Part shown: positions 58,047 to 64,000 of the stretch, in pieces | Layout of the letters: the number at the start of each line of letters is the position of its first letter | How positions within the stretch are numbered: the first letter of the stretch is position 1 | From: Octopus vulgaris | Lineage: Eukaryota | Length of the DNA stretch: 64,000 bases | Direction of reading: 5' to 3' | NCBI GenBank assembly: GCA_951406725.2 | Contig: OX597821.1 | Span: 20,770,001-20,834,000, forward strand | Made by a program: the position numbers and the translations under genes | Notes under the pieces: generated by a model | What the model saw: the letters and a program-made list of their open reading frames with translations, nothing else | Told to the model about the DNA's origin: nothing | Databases searched by the model: none

Positions 58047-59678
58047 TACACACTTACTTACAACTACATATACACATCTATAGGCATAGGCATATAAGTA
58101 TATGTGCGTTTATGTTTGCATAGGAGCGTATATTTAGTTATTGAAATGCATCTGTTATGCTTGCATACATGTTCATTATTCATGGTATGTGCGAGTGTTA
58201 CTATGAGCAATACTATTTACATTCACTTCTCTCCCTCTCTCATTTTCCTTCGCCTTCTCTTTGTCCCTCGATGTATGCACCACCTGCACATACACACGCA
58301 TACATATATGCATCCATCTACACATACAATCATATATATATATATGTATACATGTAGAGGTAGGTACGTACATATATGTATGTATATATGCATATGTTTT
58401 ATTTATTTTTAATTATATATATATATATATATGCACACACACACACACACATATACTTATATATGCATACATATGTACACATTGCATATATATATGTTTA
58501 TATTCTTCCACGTATATATTATGTTTACATGTATACACACATAGCTATACACAAGCACACACGTTTATACACATAAACATCTATATATACATACATATAT
58601 GTGTGTGTTGGTGTGTGTGTGTATACATGCAAATATAGACAGAGGGTGGGAGAGAAAGGCAGAAAGACAGAAAGACAGAGGAAGAAATAAAAGTCAGTAC
58701 TAAAATCTATGGATTAGAAAATTATTTATGGAAAAACAGTAAAAAGCTACAACTAAGAAAACTAATTATCTCACACTCATTATTTTCTCTATTCGATCTC
58801 CCTACATCTCTCTCAGCTCAGATAAAGAAACATTAAGACACGCACGCACACACACAAACACATACACACACACATACACAGACGCATACACACGCGCATT
58901 TCCTACACTTTATCCATTTCGTTCACCACCACCATCCCAATCACCATATTCCACCGAACGCCAAGCCATCGCAGACATCTTCGCGATAACAAATAGCCAT
59001 TCTAAAAATTTTCGGCATTAAATGTAGTGAAAGCAAAATATATTATTCCCAAACCAAATCATATGTTCCCTAGAGAGTCTGGCAATGTTGGTGCCGATCA
59101 GACAAAAGTTATTCTAGGGATGATTGACCTAACTAAACTCTACGTATTTATGGAATACGATATCTTTATAGCTGATTTCCTCGTGTATATATATGCTTAT
59201 TTAGATCAATAGTTGCTAGAAATATACATGAACAAAGACATACGTTTATATATATATACAGTCATTGACAGGGAACACACGCATAAGTTCTCTTTTCGCT
59301 GGCTCTGTTTCCTTCTATCCACGCCGTCTATTCCACCCTGATTCGTACAGATACACACACACACACACACACACACATACACACACATACATTTTCATTA
59401 ATTATGTGTGTCTGTATCTGTGTACGTAAATGTGTATAATTAGCTAATCGTATTTATAATTACGTATATAATTATGTATTTTTGTGCTCGCTCACTCACA
59501 TAAACGCTCTAACGCATATACACATAAACATACATACACACACATTGGCGTACACACACACACACTCATTGACGTACATACACATATTTATCTGAAAAAG
59601 AAAGAGAGAAAGAGAAAGGAAAAGGAATAGTTAAGTATGCATGCACAGTTGTATATAAAAATAGAAGGGAATATCTAC

Positions 59679-59730
<52 letters not shown>

Positions 59731-59818
59731 ACGTGTGTGTGTGTATATACACAGATATATGTATATGTATATATGTGTGTATAATATGTGTATATATATA
59801 CATATATGTATGCACGTA

Positions 59819-59876
<58 letters not shown>

Positions 59877-59887
59877 CACACGCACAT

Positions 59888-60034
59888 ACAACGGGCTTTC
59901 TACGAAATCCACTCTCAAAGATGTTTGGTCGGTTCGAGGCTACAGTAGTAGACACGTGCGAAAGGTGTAACGCAGTGGGATTGAGCCCAGAACCATATAG
60001 TTGGGAAGGAAGCTTCTTACCGCACAGCCACTCC
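59888..60034 (-). mobile_element. SINE family A 5' half
   Basis: acgggcttt..aaatccactc..cgcagtggga..cttcttaccgcacagccactcct. Confidence 0.85.
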
Positions 60035-60507
60035 TAAGTTTGCATATAATTTATGCGTGTGTGTACGCACACGTGTGTGAATCAGTGTTCAGTTTTGAGT
60101 GCATTAAATTTTGAGATTTTGTTTTAAACCGATGTTCATAATTGCTACTGAGTATTTACTAATGAGGCGACTCAATTCTAAATGTACAGTGAAATGTATT
60201 ATACATTACTTCTGAATGTGACTTCATGTGTTGCTTGACAGTTTGCCTATTTAATAGATAATGTTTTTTCCTTCTGTTTATGGAAAGGGAAATTGGAAAT
60301 CTTCATGAAAAAGAAAGCTGGTTAATGCGTGTTCAGAACACCCGTGATTCACAACTTGAGCAGTATGAGGAGACAGTAAGAATCGGCACCGTTTTGCTCT
60401 TGTTATTTGTGATATTTCTCCGGTGATGAAAAACAAAAACATAGATATTCACATAACGTATTACGAATTATTGGATACGCTATTATTTGTTAATGCAATA
60501 AACCGGA

Positions 60508-60827
60508 AAGGTGGCATTCTGGGTGAATCATATGCACACCAACCAAAATGCTGTCAGGCATTTTGTCCGTTTTTACTTTCTCAGATCAAATTCCGCCGTT
60601 TTCGACTTTGCTTTTCATCTTCTCGAAGTCGATAAAACAAATACCAGTTGAACATTTGAGTCCTTGTAATCAACTGCCTTTCTTCGTCATAATTGGTGGC
60701 ATTGTACCAAAAGTTTACACTAATGTAGTAAAATAGTATTTGTGGTAAAATTATATACGTAAAAATAGTGGAATATTTATCTATCCTTCTGTATATATAA
60801 ATAGTAGCATATCTATCTATCTATGTA

Positions 60828-60877
<50 letters not shown>

Positions 60878-60933
60878 CACATGTATATACATACACACAC
60901 ATATATATATATATATACATACATATATATACG

Positions 60934-60974
<41 letters not shown>

Positions 60975-60975
60975 G

Positions 60976-61067
<92 letters not shown>

Positions 61068-61901
61068 AGCAGTAAAATCAATCTTAAAGATTATTGAACG
61101 GAAGTTCAATTGGTATTCAGCGACATGAGATGAAATTTAATTTGGTGAATTGATAAAGGGCTGTTATGTGAATTAGTGATAGTGTGTTTTTTATCGATAG
61201 CAAAACAGTAGAATATTAAAGATGGTAGCATTTAATATTTATGTGCTCCCTGTTTTTATATGTGTTTTATGTAAGTATTTTCTTGTGTACGTGATTTGAT
61301 AGCCGGTAATATAATAGTATCGAACAGGGCAGCGTGCTCGCAAAATCGTTGACTCGCCGGGTAGAGTACTTAGCCATATTTCGACTGTCATTACGTGCTG
61401 AGGTCTGATGCCACCGAGATCGACTTTTTATCTTGTCAGGGTCTAGTAAATAAGTACAGGTGAATACTGAAGTTGATGCAATTGACTTAACATACTTGCT
61501 GGCATTGTTCTAAAATTTGAAACCAATTGGTAAAATGGCTGAGAGACGAACAAACTCCTTGTAACACTGAAGACAAAGATTATAGCAACATTCACCAACT
61601 GAAGCAAGGAAATCGTCCAGAAGAGTTGCAGGAGATTCCAAAGTCGTCTGGAGGCCGTTGTTGAAGCCAAAAGCGATTTATTGGATGAATTTAATCTTTA
61701 GTGTTTCAAGATATTATGTAATTTTAGTAACTATGTCTGTTTAAATATCTATTATTTTCATATTTGTGTAATTTAGACGACAATATATTCACGCACGTTT
61801 TATGTATAATACTATGTATGTATGTATGTGGGTATCTGTTTATATGTAAATTAATAGAAAAAGAGAAGAAAGGAACAAGATTGTAAGATAAGAAATATAA
61901 A

Positions 61902-61949
<48 letters not shown>

Positions 61950-62495
61950 CATATCAATACATATATACAAACACACATTCATATACCATTGTCGATATAT
62001 ATGAATAAATACACACACATACACACACACACGCATATATATATATATATATATATATGCATATCGATGAATTAAGTACCAGTTGTATACGGGAGCCGAT
62101 CTAATCGACTGGCCCCTCTCCCCCAAAATTTGGTGACTTGTGCCTAGGGTTGAAAAGAAAACAATATTCACGTTCAGTATTACTTCCAACAAAATTTTGT
62201 TCACTCCCATCTTTAGCGCACCAAATCAAGGTCTACCAGCTCTATCATCAATAGTTTACAAACACCTAGTTACATCTTCAAAATAATCTGCCAGAATCGT
62301 TTGAACTTCAGCCAAAATATTTAGCAGTATTTCGCTCGTCTTTACGTTCTGAGTTTAAATTCCACTGAGGTCGATTTTGCTTTTCATCCTTTCGGGGTTG
62401 ATAAAATAAGTACCAGATGAGCACTGGCGTCGATGAAATCAACTCATCCCCTGCCACAAAATTGCTGGCCTTGTGCCAAAATATCAAACCAATAA
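60508..62495 (+). mobile_element. Four degenerate SINE family B copies (about 60508-60720, 61328-61525, 62065-62160, 62310-62495)
   Basis: Recurring tcgactt..ttcatc..gataaa.taagtaccag core and gccttgtgcc tail. Confidence 0.78.
61545..61805 (+). mobile_element. Tc1/mariner superfamily (DD37D/maT-like) transposase C-terminal remnant
   Basis: ETNKLPCNT..ATFTN..EIVQKSCRRFQSRLEAVVEAKSD. Confidence 0.65.
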
Positions 62496-64000
62496 TTGCC
62501 ATTATTAGAAACTACGAGTAGAAATTTTATCAGAAATACCACCATCAGTACTAAAGACAAACAATTTTAATAAGATATTACATTTCCATAAAATCTATCT
62601 TCAACATTATAACCAACATTTATTCTACAACTGGGAACTACCCCCATTAATGCCATTACTATAGACAAAACTACTACTGTAACTAGAAAGTGCAGCGTCA
62701 CAATCGTAATTAACACAGCTCCTAGAACTAGAACGGAAATCCACCCACATTAACACCGAAACTATGGTCAGTACGTCTTCTACAGCTAGAAACTACGACA
62801 CCACTAACATTACTTCCTGTACTACCTATTGATGATAGAGCTGGTAGACCTTATTATGGTGCGCTAAAGAGGGTAGTGAACAAAATTTTGTTGGAAGTAA
62901 TAGTTACTAATATTACGACTTTAACTTCAAATTGTAATATTTCCAACACTACAATCAATAATATAGTCAAGATTCTTATTACAACGAGAAAATATAGCAC
63001 CGGCGGCACCAGTACAACCAGCACTGCAAACCAAAAACCACAGCACCATGAAAATTTATCCCCAGAACTGTAGCTAACGCTATTCTTGCAATTAGAAAGT
63101 ACAGCACCACCAACACTATCTCCAGCACTATTTTTGTAATAGATATTACAGCTATTCCAGCACAACCACCAGGAATGTGACCAATGCTAGTCTTGCAGCT
63201 AGAATCTACAGAACCACTAGCATTACCGCCTGCGTCGTAGCCTATACTCTTCTTGTAATCACCGAAGATCTCGATGTTCTTAAAATTGTGAGGGCGGATG
63301 CTGTTAGTATTCATTGATCGTAAATTTCCTGAACGATAGTCCAACTAAATCAAAAATAATACAGTCGGAGACATACCACTACAGCACCTCAAATTTTACT
63401 CTCATAATGCCAAGTAATATTTCGACTATAATTAAGGATAGCATCTCCAATACCAGATGTGACAAGTATAATTGACAACACTAAAAATACTACAAGAAAC
63501 ACTATCACTCATACTCATCTCAGTACCATTTGCATCAACAACACACTTCGAACTAGAATTTCCAATATTATTAATTGGATCCCCATCATCAACACAAAAA
63601 ACCATGACCGCCACACGACGGCAATTAGAATCCTTATCCCTAAAACAATCACTATGGCTATCACTGATACCACATCTGAAAATAGAACCATTAACAATAA
63701 CATCACAATTTCTACGATCATATTTTCGCTGCCATCACCGTTAACACTAGAACTATGACCAAATTCACATCTGCCGAATAGAATCACCGACAACAATAAA
63801 ACTTACCTAAATAAGTCATTTCTTATTGAATATAACAAGTCCGGGAATCTTTTGAAACCACATCGTATATAAGAGCATTTTTATTAGATAAAATGTATAT
63901 ATAGTTTCAAGGATGGCTATGTGATAATGAAGTTCACACACTAGCGATGTTGTGCGAGGTGCGGATGCGAGTGCAAGTACGTACCCAGCATCTTTGTCAG

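Overview
AT-rich, microsatellite-saturated eukaryotic DNA with no recognisable host gene. The SINE, LINE and transposon repertoire looks like an octopus/cephalopod intron or intergenic region; the organism call is my inference. Nearly all ORFs in the track are translations of (TA)n, (CA)n, (TAA)n, (GAT)n or (GAA)n repeats. The real content is decayed mobile DNA: two TIR-bounded mariner elements (19344-20593 +, 27175-28471 -), two Tc1 relics, Penelope-like (PLE) RT relics, clusters of R4/Dong non-LTR elements sitting in (TAA)n, more than 20 tRNA-derived SINEs of two families, and Helitron, CR1, Tx1-like, CRE-like and Gypsy fragments. The main hidden signal is a set of short non-coding islands, mostly embedded in (TA)n, that carry type I hammerhead ribozymes (HHRs). 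About 10 motifs were found by eye; the clearest are 3102-3193 (+), 12684-12760 (+), 41307-41393 (+) and 41972-42055 (-). Most have a very long stem II and a tiny, usually palindromic stem III. Several islands show a 5' inverted duplication plus a 3' tail, and one is a partial tandem of a 586-nt unit. Two ribozyme-less copies begin about 10-12 nt downstream of their family's predicted cleavage site. Together this looks like a diverse set of non-autonomous Penelope-like/retrozyme elements. All folds and alignments were done by eye and need computational and experimental confirmation.
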